From positions 1-46,937 of the forward strand of contig SICR01000003.1 in assembly GCA_009691335.1 (NCBI GenBank): 46,937 nucleotides of DNA. Reading direction: 5' to 3'. Position numbers and translations under genes: made by a program. The DNA comes from Candidatus Zambryskiibacteriota bacterium (GTDB taxonomy: Bacteria > Patescibacteriota > Minisyncoccia > Phycocordibacterales > Zambryskibacteraceae). The notes below the pieces were generated by a model. That model was not told the origin of the DNA. It did not search any database and saw only the letters and a list, made by a program, of their open reading frames with translations. This document shows, in pieces, positions 28,174-37,377 of the stretch (positions are counted from its first letter, which is position 1; each line of letters opens with the position of its first letter).

Positions 28174-29150
28174 TTCAACTTCTTTGTTTTAAATTCTGAA
28201 GGAGCTGATTTCAAATATTCTTCGATTTTTTCTAGAGTAAGAAGACCCTTCTGGGCACCAACCTGCTGGACTACGGACATAGAATTAACTGCTCCCCATT
28301 GCAGGGCTGTGAGCAAATCCTTCCCAAGCACTAGAGCCGCCACTACGGTAGAAGCGAAGGCGTCGCCAGCGCCAGTGCGTTCAAACGGCGGTTTGATGTC
28401 GGGGTAGGGAAGTTGCTGATAAATATTTGTCCCATCATACGCGTAAGCGCCTTTCGGTCCGTCAGTAATAACAACCATTTCCGGACCAAGAGCCTTTATT
28501 CTTTTTAAAAGTTCTTCAATACCCAAAGTATCCATACCGAGAATACGCCCCGCCTCATCGACATTGCAGAAGACTATTTTGGAACGTGTATAAACATCTC
28601 TTAATTTATCCGCACCAAGCTCGAGCTGGAATGTTCCGGGTTGGAATGCCAGACTTACTTCTGGATTCTTTTTTAAATACTCTATGATTTCTCCATGATA
28701 TATCATGGTGTCTTCACCAAGGGACGAGAGATAAAGCCACTTGGAAGCTGGACCGCCAAGTGCGGGGAATTGATAGTTATAATGTTCATGTTTGACGAGA
28801 ATGGTGCGATCGTCGCCGTACCAAAGTACATAATGATAGTTGGTTTTCTTGCCTTCCTCCACAGATACGAACCCTGTCGAAACTTTCTCTTCTTTTAGCC
28901 GCGCTAGGCACTTCTCGCTATTATTGTCAGCACCCAAATTGGTGATTAAACCTGAAGACAGGCCTAGCCGAGCGGCTGCCACAGCGGCATTGGCGCTGTT
29001 ACCTACGGCAAACACCTCTTCAACAGATTCATAGGGAATCTTGTCGCCGAAGGATAGAAGGAGTTTTGATCGATCTTTATTTACTTCAGCCTCTTTGAGC
29101 TTGATAAACGCGTCGACAACTGTATCCCCAATCGCTATAAAATCCTGCAT
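28170..29150 (-). CDS. PfkB/ribokinase-family carbohydrate kinase
   Basis: GNSANAAVA.ARLG, ITDG.KG, TGAGDAF; start moved to MQDFIAIGD. Confidence 0.92.
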   Translation of the reverse strand: MQDFIAIGDTVVDAFIKLKEAEVNKDRSKLLLSFGDKIPYESVEEVFAVGNSANAAVAAARLGLSSGLITNLGADNNSEKCLARLKEEKVSTGFVSVEEGKKTNYHYVLWYGDDRTILVKHEHYNYQFPALGGPASKWLYLSSLGEDTMIYHGEIIEYLKKNPEVSLAFQPGTFQLELGADKLRDVYTRSKIVFCNVDEAGRILGMDTLGIEELLKRIKALGPEMVVITDGPKGAYAYDGTNIYQQLPYPDIKPPFERTGAGDAFASTVVAALVLGKDLLTALQWGAVNSMSVVQQVGAQKGLLTLEKIEEYLKSAPSEFKTKKLN

Positions 29151-29167
29151 TGTGTTAAAATTGTAGC

Positions 29168-29995
29168 ATGACTTTACGCGAGTGTATTGCTGAAGCTGAA
29201 AAAAGGGGCATTGCAATAGGCCATTTTAATATATCGGATTCAGAAGGTTTCAAGGCTGTTGTTGAAGGCGCAAGAGAACTTGGAGTCCCAGTAATTATAG
29301 GCGTCTCTGAAGGGGAAAGGGAATTCATTGGACTCCAAGAGATAGTTTCTCTGGTAAATGTGGCCCGCGGCAACGGTTTGTCGGTCTACATAAACGCAGA
29401 TCATACTTACTCCGTAGAGAAAGCTAGAAAAGCAATTGATGCTGGAGTAGACAGCGTCATTATAGATGAGGCGGATAAGACATTTGAAGATAATATTTCT
29501 ATTACCAAAGATATTGTCCAATATTCAGGCGGCCGAGTGCTGGTAGAGGGGGAACTGGGCTTTATCGGTAAGTCATCAAAAGTGTTAGACAGGGTACCTG
29601 ATGGAGTAACTCAAACTACTCCAAAAGATGCCAAAAGATTCGTCGAAGAAACGGGAATTGATCTTCTGGCCCCAGCTGTCGGCAATGTCCACGGCATCGT
29701 CACAACAGGAGAACCTAAACTTAATATAGAACTTATAAGAGCGATCAGGGACGCCGTTAAGATTCCATTAGTTCTCCATGGCGCCTCAGGAAACAGTGAT
29801 GAAGAAATTATTGCGGCTATCGATGCGGGTATAAGAATAGTACATATAAACACCGAATTAAGACTTGCATACAAAGAGGGTTTGAAGGAAGCTGTGCAGT
29901 CTGGAGAAATAGCTCCATATAAATTTATGGAAGCCGCGGTGGAGAATATGAAAGAAGTTGTGAAAAAGAAATTGAAACTTTTCAACAAGATATGA
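29168..29995 (+). CDS. fba: Class II fructose/tagatose-bisphosphate aldolase
   Basis: ADH, VEGELG, GNVHG, LVLHGASG, HINTE. Confidence 0.93.
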   Translation: MTLRECIAEAEKRGIAIGHFNISDSEGFKAVVEGARELGVPVIIGVSEGEREFIGLQEIVSLVNVARGNGLSVYINADHTYSVEKARKAIDAGVDSVIIDEADKTFEDNISITKDIVQYSGGRVLVEGELGFIGKSSKVLDRVPDGVTQTTPKDAKRFVEETGIDLLAPAVGNVHGIVTTGEPKLNIELIRAIRDAVKIPLVLHGASGNSDEEIIAAIDAGIRIVHINTELRLAYKEGLKEAVQSGEIAPYKFMEAAVENMKEVVKKKLKLFNKI

Positions 29996-31647
29996 GTCTA
30001 GCAGAAGATGTAAAAATGGTGGTTAAGGGAGAAGTCTTGGACGATGCCAGAACTCTCGAGACTCATAGCCGTGACGCAAGTTTGTTTAAGGTCTTGCCCA
30101 AATTAGTCGTCTATCCAAAAGACGGGGAAGATATAGAGAGTTTAGTAAGGTTCGTCAATGATAACAAAAGTTCTGACCCAACTCTCTCTATAACCGTCCG
30201 TGCAGCTGGCTCTGACATGTCTGGGGGACCGCTAAATGAGTCTATTATTGTCGATGTAACAAAATATTTAAATCAAGTGGGAGAGGTGAAACGGGACGGC
30301 ACATCAGTAGAACCGGGAATGTTTTACAGAGACTTCGAGAAAAAAACTTTGGAGAAAAATCTTCTCCTACCATGCTACACAGCGTCTAAAAACATGTGTG
30401 CCTTAGGCGGCATGATTGCCAATAATTGCGGGGGAGAAAAAACACTTCGTTATGGCAAGATGGAAAATTTTGTAGAAAGCTCTATATACGTTTTCTCAGA
30501 CGGTAGGAGTTATGAGGTCAAACCTCTCAATAAGGCAGAGCTGGAAGTAAAAATTACTCAGAACGACTTTGAAGGAAGTATTTACAAAGAAATCTACAAT
30601 TTACTAGAAAACAATAAGCAATTAATACAGGATGCGAAACCCAAGGTGTCAAAAAACTCTGCCGGCTATTATCTCTGGAATGTTTATCCTGAGCCTGTCG
30701 AAGGGGCCGAGAGTACTTTCGACCTCAACAAACTTCTTACCGGAGCACAGGGGACCTTGGGCATTATGACTGAAGCAGAAGTGAGTCTTGTCTCGGTCAA
30801 GACTCATCATGACCTTATTGCAATTTTCTTTAAATCTTGGAACGACATGCCCGCTGTCGTCAATGCGCTTATGCCATATGAGCCGGAGAGTCTTGAGATA
30901 TTTGATAAAGATACTATAAACCTTGGTATTCGCTTCATGCCAGAGATTGCGAAGAAAGCTGGCACAAATCTATTTTCCTTTGCGGCCAAGTTCTTGCCAG
31001 AAGTGCTTATTGGTATCGAGATGATGGGGCTTCCAGAACTAGTGGTGCTCGTCGAAGTAGCAGAGGAATCAGAAGAAGAGGTCAAAAAGAAGGTAGAGAA
31101 GATGGTTAAGGAGATTAAGCCATTCAAGATCTGGCACAGAGTGATAGAGAAAGATTCGGAAGAAGAAAGGTTTTGGATCGTGCGTCGAGAGTCGTTTAAC
31201 CTTCTTCGAAAGCTTGTCAAAAATAAGCAAACAGTACCGTTTATTGACGACTTCTGCCTACCGGTAGAAGAAGTTCCAAAATTCCTACCGAAAGCCAAGA
31301 AAATTCTAAAAGATGCCCAAATTGATGCCAACATTGCCGGACACGCTGGCAATGGTAATTTCCATATCATCCCACTTATGGACTTGAGTAAGGAGAGTGA
31401 GAGAAAGAAGCTCTTACCGGTGGCAGATAAGTTTTATACTCTGGTAGCCGAGTATCAAGGCTCTATAACGGGGGAACACAATGACGGTATCATCCGCACT
31501 CCGTATTTAAATAAAATGTACAGTCCGGAAATCCTTAAGCTTTTCAAAAAGGTCAAACAAATATTCGACCCCTTAAATATCTTCAACCCAGGCAAGAAGG
31601 TTAATGGCACTCTCGAATACCTAGAATCACATATAGCCGTAGAATAG
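29992..31647 (+). CDS. FAD-linked oxidoreductase (GlcD / D-lactate dehydrogenase family)
   Basis: RAAGSDMSG, GGMIANN, GAQGTLG, GHAGNGNFH, GEHNDG, FDP..IFNPGK. Confidence 0.92.
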   Translation: MSLAEDVKMVVKGEVLDDARTLETHSRDASLFKVLPKLVVYPKDGEDIESLVRFVNDNKSSDPTLSITVRAAGSDMSGGPLNESIIVDVTKYLNQVGEVKRDGTSVEPGMFYRDFEKKTLEKNLLLPCYTASKNMCALGGMIANNCGGEKTLRYGKMENFVESSIYVFSDGRSYEVKPLNKAELEVKITQNDFEGSIYKEIYNLLENNKQLIQDAKPKVSKNSAGYYLWNVYPEPVEGAESTFDLNKLLTGAQGTLGIMTEAEVSLVSVKTHHDLIAIFFKSWNDMPAVVNALMPYEPESLEIFDKDTINLGIRFMPEIAKKAGTNLFSFAAKFLPEVLIGIEMMGLPELVVLVEVAEESEEEVKKKVEKMVKEIKPFKIWHRVIEKDSEEERFWIVRRESFNLLRKLVKNKQTVPFIDDFCLPVEEVPKFLPKAKKILKDAQIDANIAGHAGNGNFHIIPLMDLSKESERKKLLPVADKFYTLVAEYQGSITGEHNDGIIRTPYLNKMYSPEILKLFKKVKQIFDPLNIFNPGKKVNGTLEYLESHIAVE

Positions 31648-31684
31648 GGCTTTTATTATGCTAATTTTGTGCTAAAATGATCTT

Positions 31685-32359
31685 ATGCTTACATTAAAGG
31701 CAGAAATACGGAATATTAATACCGAACCAGCCGATATCCGCAAAGCGGGGCAAGTCCCAGCAGTCTTTTATGGCAAGAAGGAAGCATCCACACCTATAGC
31801 AATCCGACAAGCAGACTTTTTGAAAGTTTGGAAGGAGGCAGGAGAGTCAAGTGTGGTAATACTTGATATGCCTGATGGTAATAATAAGGAAAGTCTAATA
31901 CACGAAGTAGACCTAGACCCAGTCACAGGAGTTCCGCGCCATGCGGACTTTTATGTCTTCGAGAAGGGGCACAAGGTTGAAGTCTCTCTACCAGTTGAAT
32001 TCGAGGGATCATCGCCAGCTGTCAAAGACCTTGGTGGCATTCTTGTGAAAGTTGTCCATGAATTGAAGATTGAAGCTATGCCCAAGGACCTTCCTCACCA
32101 CATCATTGTTGATGTAAGTAGCTTGGCTCAATTCGGCGACCAGATACTGGCCAAAGAGATCAAGCTTCCTCACGGAATTGAACTTAAGATTAATCCAGAA
32201 GAAGTCATCGTCACCATATCTGCTCCTCGCGAAGAGAAAGAAGAGGAAGCCGTACCTATTGACCTCTCAACTATTGAAGTCTCAGAAAAGAGAGGTAAGG
32301 AGGAAGTAGAGGGTGAAGAAGGAACTCCTGCAGAATTGAAAGTAAACGATAGTCGGTAA
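31685..32359 (+). CDS. rplY: 50S ribosomal protein L25/Ctc
   Basis: VPAVFYG, HADFY, GG.L, acidic tail. Confidence 0.95.
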   Translation: MLTLKAEIRNINTEPADIRKAGQVPAVFYGKKEASTPIAIRQADFLKVWKEAGESSVVILDMPDGNNKESLIHEVDLDPVTGVPRHADFYVFEKGHKVEVSLPVEFEGSSPAVKDLGGILVKVVHELKIEAMPKDLPHHIIVDVSSLAQFGDQILAKEIKLPHGIELKINPEEVIVTISAPREEKEEEAVPIDLSTIEVSEKRGKEEVEGEEGTPAELKVNDSR

Positions 32360-32408
32360 ACAGTTGAATACGAATTCTTCTGTGTACTATGTGCTATGTA
32401 CTAATTAC

Positions 32409-33869
32409 ATGCGTAAGTTCTTAACATTTTTAATTCTGTCTACTGTCTACTGTTTACCATTTACTTTTGCATCTGCCCAATCCGCTTGTACCTCGGACAC
32501 CTCTGGAAAGTCACGCAACCAACTTGAACAGGAACTTGCCGCCTGCAATAAAGAGATAGAACAATGGACAGCAACACTCAACCAGACCAAACAGCTCTCC
32601 GCTTCATTTGCCCGAGATGTGGCGGTTCTGACAGCCAAGATTAATGCCGCTCAGGCCAACATCAAGGCCAAGAATATCGCCATTATTAATCTTTCAAAAG
32701 ATATCACCATTAAGCAATCTGAGATAAACATTCTTGATAACCGCATCAACAAAGGTAAGGATGCCATTGCCAATATTTTAAGAAAGACCAATGACATCAA
32801 CTCATACTCACTGGTTGAGGTCATGCTCTCAGGCGACAACCTCTCTGAATTCTTTATTGATATTGATACTTATACTTCTACCCAAGACGCTCTAGAAAAT
32901 CTTTTTGCGGAACTACGCACCACCAAAGCTCTAACGGAAGCAGAGAAAATAGTTCTCGACAAGAAGCGAGAAGCCGCCGCAGAAGCGAAGGCTGTCATGG
33001 AAGCCGCCAAGAAAGAGGTTGAGGTGAGTCAAGCAGAGAAGAAAACTCTATTGGCCCAGAGCAAAAGTGCGGAAGTTACTTATTCCCAAGTGTTAGCCGA
33101 CAGACAAGCCAAAGCCGCGAAAATTAAGGCGATACTTTTCCCATTGGTTGATGCCGGGGCGATACCTTTCGGCACAGCTCTACAATACGCTGAGGATGCC
33201 CAAGCAAAGACTGGTGTCAGGGCGGCCCTTATTCTCGGCATCCTCCAGCAAGAGTCTAACCTAGGGTCAAATGTCGGCCGCTGTATTATTACTGACCTCT
33301 CAAGTGGGCAAACCAAAACAATTAGTAATGGAACGATATGGTCAAATGGCATTCATCAACTTCGTGACTTACCACTTTTACAAAATATTTTAGGGAACAT
33401 TGGCCGAGATCCACTTTCAACAAAAGTCTCATGTCCGATAGCCGGCATCGCTGGTTATGGTGGAGCAATGGGTCCAACCCAATTCATCCCCTCAACTTGG
33501 GCATGTTTCGGAGGTTATTCTAATTCAAGAACAGGGGGTTGTTATTTCCCTAAGGACAGTAAGGGTAAGATAATTTATGAAGGCACGTGGAGTTACAATT
33601 CAGATAAAGATAAGATTAAAAGTAATCTAGGAAAAAGCACGCAATCAGACCCTTGGAATCCGGCTGATGCCATCATGGCTTCTGCTATTCTCCTCGCTGG
33701 TAACGGTGCAACGGCAGGAACTTATGAAGCCGAGCGTACTGCTGCCTGCAAGTACTATTCTGGGAAAAAATGCTCATCAGCCAACCATATTGCAAGATAT
33801 GGAAATGATGTCATGAGCCGAGCATCTAACATCCAGCTAACCATGATAGACCCATTGCAGAATTTATAA
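32409..33869 (+). CDS. Secreted coiled-coil protein with C-terminal lytic transglycosylase/lysozyme-like domain
   Basis: Signal peptide, PcsB-like coiled coil, QES, GAMGPTQFIPSTW, DPWNP.DAI.A.A. Confidence 0.85.
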   Translation: MRKFLTFLILSTVYCLPFTFASAQSACTSDTSGKSRNQLEQELAACNKEIEQWTATLNQTKQLSASFARDVAVLTAKINAAQANIKAKNIAIINLSKDITIKQSEINILDNRINKGKDAIANILRKTNDINSYSLVEVMLSGDNLSEFFIDIDTYTSTQDALENLFAELRTTKALTEAEKIVLDKKREAAAEAKAVMEAAKKEVEVSQAEKKTLLAQSKSAEVTYSQVLADRQAKAAKIKAILFPLVDAGAIPFGTALQYAEDAQAKTGVRAALILGILQQESNLGSNVGRCIITDLSSGQTKTISNGTIWSNGIHQLRDLPLLQNILGNIGRDPLSTKVSCPIAGIAGYGGAMGPTQFIPSTWACFGGYSNSRTGGCYFPKDSKGKIIYEGTWSYNSDKDKIKSNLGKSTQSDPWNPADAIMASAILLAGNGATAGTYEAERTAACKYYSGKKCSSANHIARYGNDVMSRASNIQLTMIDPLQNL

Positions 33870-33956
33870 TTTCCAATTCTAAGATTCTCAATCTCTCAAT
33901 TTCTAAATTTAGAATTCCCAATAAGTCTCCAATTCTTAAAAAATCTCCAATTATCA

Positions 33957-33993
33957 AATATGTTAATCTTGTCCTATAGGTAATGATTAACGT
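33957..33993. repeat. Hairpin family B, copy 1
   Basis: 33/37 nt identical to 37237-37273. Confidence 0.85.
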
Positions 33994-34091
33994 ATACGTT
34001 ATCTTTTCACCCCAGTGAATTTATAACGTAATAAAAAAATACAGACTCTGTCAAACTTGCATTATTATAGAAAATTCGTATAATTCGCTCC

Positions 34092-34385
34092 ATGAAGAAG
34101 GATATACATCCAAACACATACCGACCGGTGCTATTTATCGACAATTCAGATGGCACCGAATTTCTGATACCTTCAACCGTCAAGACTGCCGAGACCGCCA
34201 AGAGTAAAAAGGACAAGAAAGAATACCCAGTTTTCCGCGTGGAAATATCTTCTGCTACGCACCCTTTCTATACAGGCCAAGAAAAAATTCTTGACTCTGC
34301 CGGACGAGTAGAACGCTTTAAACAAAAGCAGGCAAAAGCAACTCCCAAAAAGACAAAGCAATCTAAGGCCAAGAAAGCCGAGTAG
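34092..34385 (+). CDS. rpmE: 50S ribosomal protein L31, type B (no Zn Cys)
   Basis: MKKDIHP, EISSATHPFYTG, GRVERF. Confidence 0.95.
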   Translation: MKKDIHPNTYRPVLFIDNSDGTEFLIPSTVKTAETAKSKKDKKEYPVFRVEISSATHPFYTGQEKILDSAGRVERFKQKQAKATPKKTKQSKAKKAE

Positions 34386-34388
34386 ATT

Positions 34389-35366
34389 TTGGAACCTAAT
34401 TTAGAAAAATACAGATCTAATCAGAAAACCACTTACTTAGCGGAAAGTTTCGCGCGCCTATTGAAAGAAGAAGTTGAATTGCAAGCCATGTCTACTGATG
34501 CGGAAATGAAAAGTCTTTCTGAAGAAGAGTTAAATAATATTACTCTCCAAAAAGAAGCTCTATTGAAGCAGATGGACGATATTCTATCAATGGAAGAGAA
34601 GGAGGAAGAATTTCCCAACGAGATTATCTTAGAAGTACGGGCTGGTGCCGGTGGGGAAGAAGCGTCTCTCTTTGCCAAAGAGCTTGCCGATATGTATATC
34701 CTCTATGCGGAGAAAAACGGCTGGGGAGTGTCAACTCTTTATATATCCGAGAGTTCAATGGGCGGAGGGTACAAAGAAGCGTCGTTTGAAATTCGAGGAA
34801 AGGGTGTCTACAAGAAACTTCGCCATGAGACAGGGGTGCATCGCATCCAGCGAGTACCAGAAACAGAAAAGATGGGTAGAGTACATACATCAACTGCTTC
34901 CGTGGCCATTCTTCCCGTGCGTAAGAAAACAACTATTGATATAAGGCCAACTGACCTTGAGATAGAAACCTCTCGTTCTGGAGGTGCGGGAGGTCAGAAC
35001 GTCAACAAAGTCGAAACGGCGGTGCGCATTGTCCACAAGCCAACCGGTATTGATGTGCGCTCCACTGCTCAGAGAAGTCAGCTCAAGAACCGCGAAGCAG
35101 CTATGTCTATCCTTACAGCCAAACTTGAGAAACTAAAGGAGGAGGAGGAGGCTGCAAAATACTCCGCAAATAGAAAATCTCAGATAGGCACCGCCGACCG
35201 CTCGGAGAAAATTCGCACTTACAATATTCTTCAAGATCGCATCACTGACCACCGTATCAAAGAGGACTGGCACAATATTGAAAAGATTCTTGCCGGAGGA
35301 TTAGAACCCATTATTGGGGCCTTTGAAAATTTTAATGGCGAATTCCAGTCTGGAGGGAGTGAATAA
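34389..35366 (+). CDS. prfA: Peptide chain release factor 1, shortened N-terminus
   Basis: [12 protein letters not shown] (PxT), [15 protein letters not shown]. Confidence 0.95.
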   Translation: MEPNLEKYRSNQKTTYLAESFARLLKEEVELQAMSTDAEMKSLSEEELNNITLQKEALLKQMDDILSMEEKEEEFPNEIILEVRAGAGGEEASLFAKELADMYILYAEKNGWGVSTLYISESSMGGGYKEASFEIRGKGVYKKLRHETGVHRIQRVPETEKMGRVHTSTASVAILPVRKKTTIDIRPTDLEIETSRSGGAGGQNVNKVETAVRIVHKPTGIDVRSTAQRSQLKNREAAMSILTAKLEKLKEEEEAAKYSANRKSQIGTADRSEKIRTYNILQDRITDHRIKEDWHNIEKILAGGLEPIIGAFENFNGEFQSGGSE

Positions 35367-35412
35367 AAAGTCTTGTCTAGAAAGGCTTAATCTGCTACAA
35401 TCTCTTAGCTTT

Positions 35413-36189
35413 ATGGAAAATACCCAAACAACCAAGGTCCGAGGCGACACCTCTCTCAATCATACTGGTAGCATGATTGAGACCCTTTTCAATGTCGGAG
35501 CCCATTTCGGCTTCGTCAAATCCCGCCGCCACCCTTCTGCCAAGCCATTCATCTTCGGTACTAAAAACAAAATAGAAATCTTCGACTTGGAAAAGACCAG
35601 TAAGGAGCTTGAGAAAGCACTTGCTTTTGTAGAATCTAAAGGCAAAGAAGGAGCTATGGCCCTTTTTGTCGGAGGTAAGAGCGAGGCCAGAGAAGCGGTT
35701 ATCAAATCCGGACGCGAGCTAGAAATGCCATTTGTTTCCGGACGCTGGATAGGTGGGACTCTCACCAACTTTGTCGAGATAAAGAAACGCATCATACGTC
35801 TTGCAGAATTAACAGAACAGCGCGAAAGGGGCGAGCTCAATAAATATACCAAGAAAGAACGCTTGCTCATTGACAGAGAAATAGCCAAACTTCAGCTTTA
35901 TTTCGGCGGGCTCTCAACTCTCAAGGCTTTACCAAAGCTTCTTATCGTTATGGACCCAAAGAAGGAAAATATTGCAGTTAGTGAAGCAAGGTTTCTAAAC
36001 ATCCCAATTGTCGCCCTGGCTGGTTCTGACTCAAATTTTTTTGAGATTGATTACGCCATCCCAGGTAACGACGCTTCAAGACAAAGTATCCAATTTATTT
36101 TAAGCGAATTGGTTAAAGCGTATAAGAAAGGTAAAATTGAATCTCAAGATAAACAAGAAATCAAAAATGATAACAACGGAACAAATTAA
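35413..36189 (+). CDS. rpsB: 30S ribosomal protein S2
   Basis: GAHFG, RWIGGTLTN, IPGND; start moved to ATG 35413. Confidence 0.96.
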   Translation: MENTQTTKVRGDTSLNHTGSMIETLFNVGAHFGFVKSRRHPSAKPFIFGTKNKIEIFDLEKTSKELEKALAFVESKGKEGAMALFVGGKSEAREAVIKSGRELEMPFVSGRWIGGTLTNFVEIKKRIIRLAELTEQRERGELNKYTKKERLLIDREIAKLQLYFGGLSTLKALPKLLIVMDPKKENIAVSEARFLNIPIVALAGSDSNFFEIDYAIPGNDASRQSIQFILSELVKAYKKGKIESQDKQEIKNDNNGTN

Positions 36190-36619
36190 AGAACTACGAG
36201 AGAAAACCAGCCTCTCTATCATGCAGTGTCAGAAGGCTCTTGAAGAAGCCAACGGTGACGAAATCCTAGCCATCAAACTTCTCAAAGAAAAAGGGGCCGA
36301 AATAGCTTCAAGGAAATCTGGCAGAACTCTGGGAGCGGGAGTAGTCTCCTCTTATATCCACACCGGAGACTCTGTGGGAACGATGGTTGAGCTTTTCTGT
36401 GAGACTGACTTTGTAGCTAAGAATCCTGAATTCAAAAATACAGCCCGAGAAATCGCCATGCATATTGCTGCTATGAAGCCAGCTGACGTTGGAGAACTTC
36501 TACAACAGCCTTACATCAAGGGTAACGGAGAAACTGTCGGGGACCTCATCAATGGCACCATACAGAAGTTCGGTGAGCGCACTGAGGTTGGGCAATTCAT
36601 CCGCTATTCAATAAACTAA
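36167..36619 (+). CDS. tsf: Elongation factor Ts, short form
   Basis: IKELRE.T, C.KAL, ETDFVAKN, IAMHIAA, KFGE. Confidence 0.95.
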   Translation: MITTEQIKELREKTSLSIMQCQKALEEANGDEILAIKLLKEKGAEIASRKSGRTLGAGVVSSYIHTGDSVGTMVELFCETDFVAKNPEFKNTAREIAMHIAAMKPADVGELLQQPYIKGNGETVGDLINGTIQKFGERTEVGQFIRYSIN

Positions 36620-37125
36620 TGGTTTCATTCTCTCTCTTCGTTCTTTCGGCTCTTGTTATCGTAACAATGCTCCTGGCCAAGAGAATGGAGGAGAGAGAAA
36701 AGACGCCCGCCTTTTTTCTTAAACTAATATCACACAGCGACGAAAGAGCTAGAGAGCTTCATATCCAGACTTTTCACCACTACTCCGTCGGCAAGGAGAA
36801 AATGTATTTCTGGATCAGAAATCAGCTACCCCTAAGAGCCAAAAATTGGCTGAATAAATCTATTTCCTACATTCAAGAAATACTAAATAAATATGCGGGT
36901 AATATTCGAAACTCTCACCTTCTCAAACGCTCTGATGGGATCAGTGAATTTTTCAAAAGTATTGCCGATATAGAAAAGGGTAACGGGAAGATAAACGAAA
37001 CCTATGAAGAAAGGCGAGCTTTAATAGTTTCAGAAATGATTGAGGAATCTAGCCCAGTCAGAACTCCGAAGAAAAAGACAGCAAATCCGCGTAAAAGAAA
37101 AATCACTGTAATCGAATCTGAATAG
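36619..37125 (+). CDS. Hypothetical protein with N-terminal membrane anchor
   Basis: TAATG overlap with tsf; basic C-terminus. Confidence 0.7.
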   Translation: MVSFSLFVLSALVIVTMLLAKRMEEREKTPAFFLKLISHSDERARELHIQTFHHYSVGKEKMYFWIRNQLPLRAKNWLNKSISYIQEILNKYAGNIRNSHLLKRSDGISEFFKSIADIEKGNGKINETYEERRALIVSEMIEESSPVRTPKKKTANPRKRKITVIESE

Positions 37126-37127
37126 GG

Positions 37128-37200
37128 AGCCGCCTGTCAGATTTGAACTGACGACATCCACTTTACAAAAGTGGCGCTCTACCAACTGAGCTAAGGCGGC
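37128..37200 (-). tRNA. tRNA-Thr(TGT), CCA not encoded
   Basis: GCCGCCTTAGCTCAGTTGGTAGAGC..., anticodon arm CCACT-TTTGTAA-AGTGG, GTTCAAATC. Confidence 0.95.
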
Positions 37201-37236
37201 TGTGAATCTAATTTATCACATTTACTCTAATTATAG

Positions 37237-37273
37237 AATACGTTAATATTGTCCTATAGGTAGTGATTGACGT
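37237..37273. repeat. Hairpin family B, copy 2
   Basis: AATACGTTAATATTGTCCTATAGGTAGTGATTGACGT. Confidence 0.85.
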
Positions 37274-37377
37274 GATTGATTATTTGTAAAAATAAAACAT
37301 CATAAGACTGTCTTTCTAGAATTCTAACTTTTAAAAAAATTTAAAAAAATCTTCTAGAATACTATCTTCTCGGAAGA

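Noticed and set aside
28740-28770. Repeat-derived insert in pfkB (FPALGGPAS)
   Set aside because: Only a 4-bp stem and no evident length excess; too weak.
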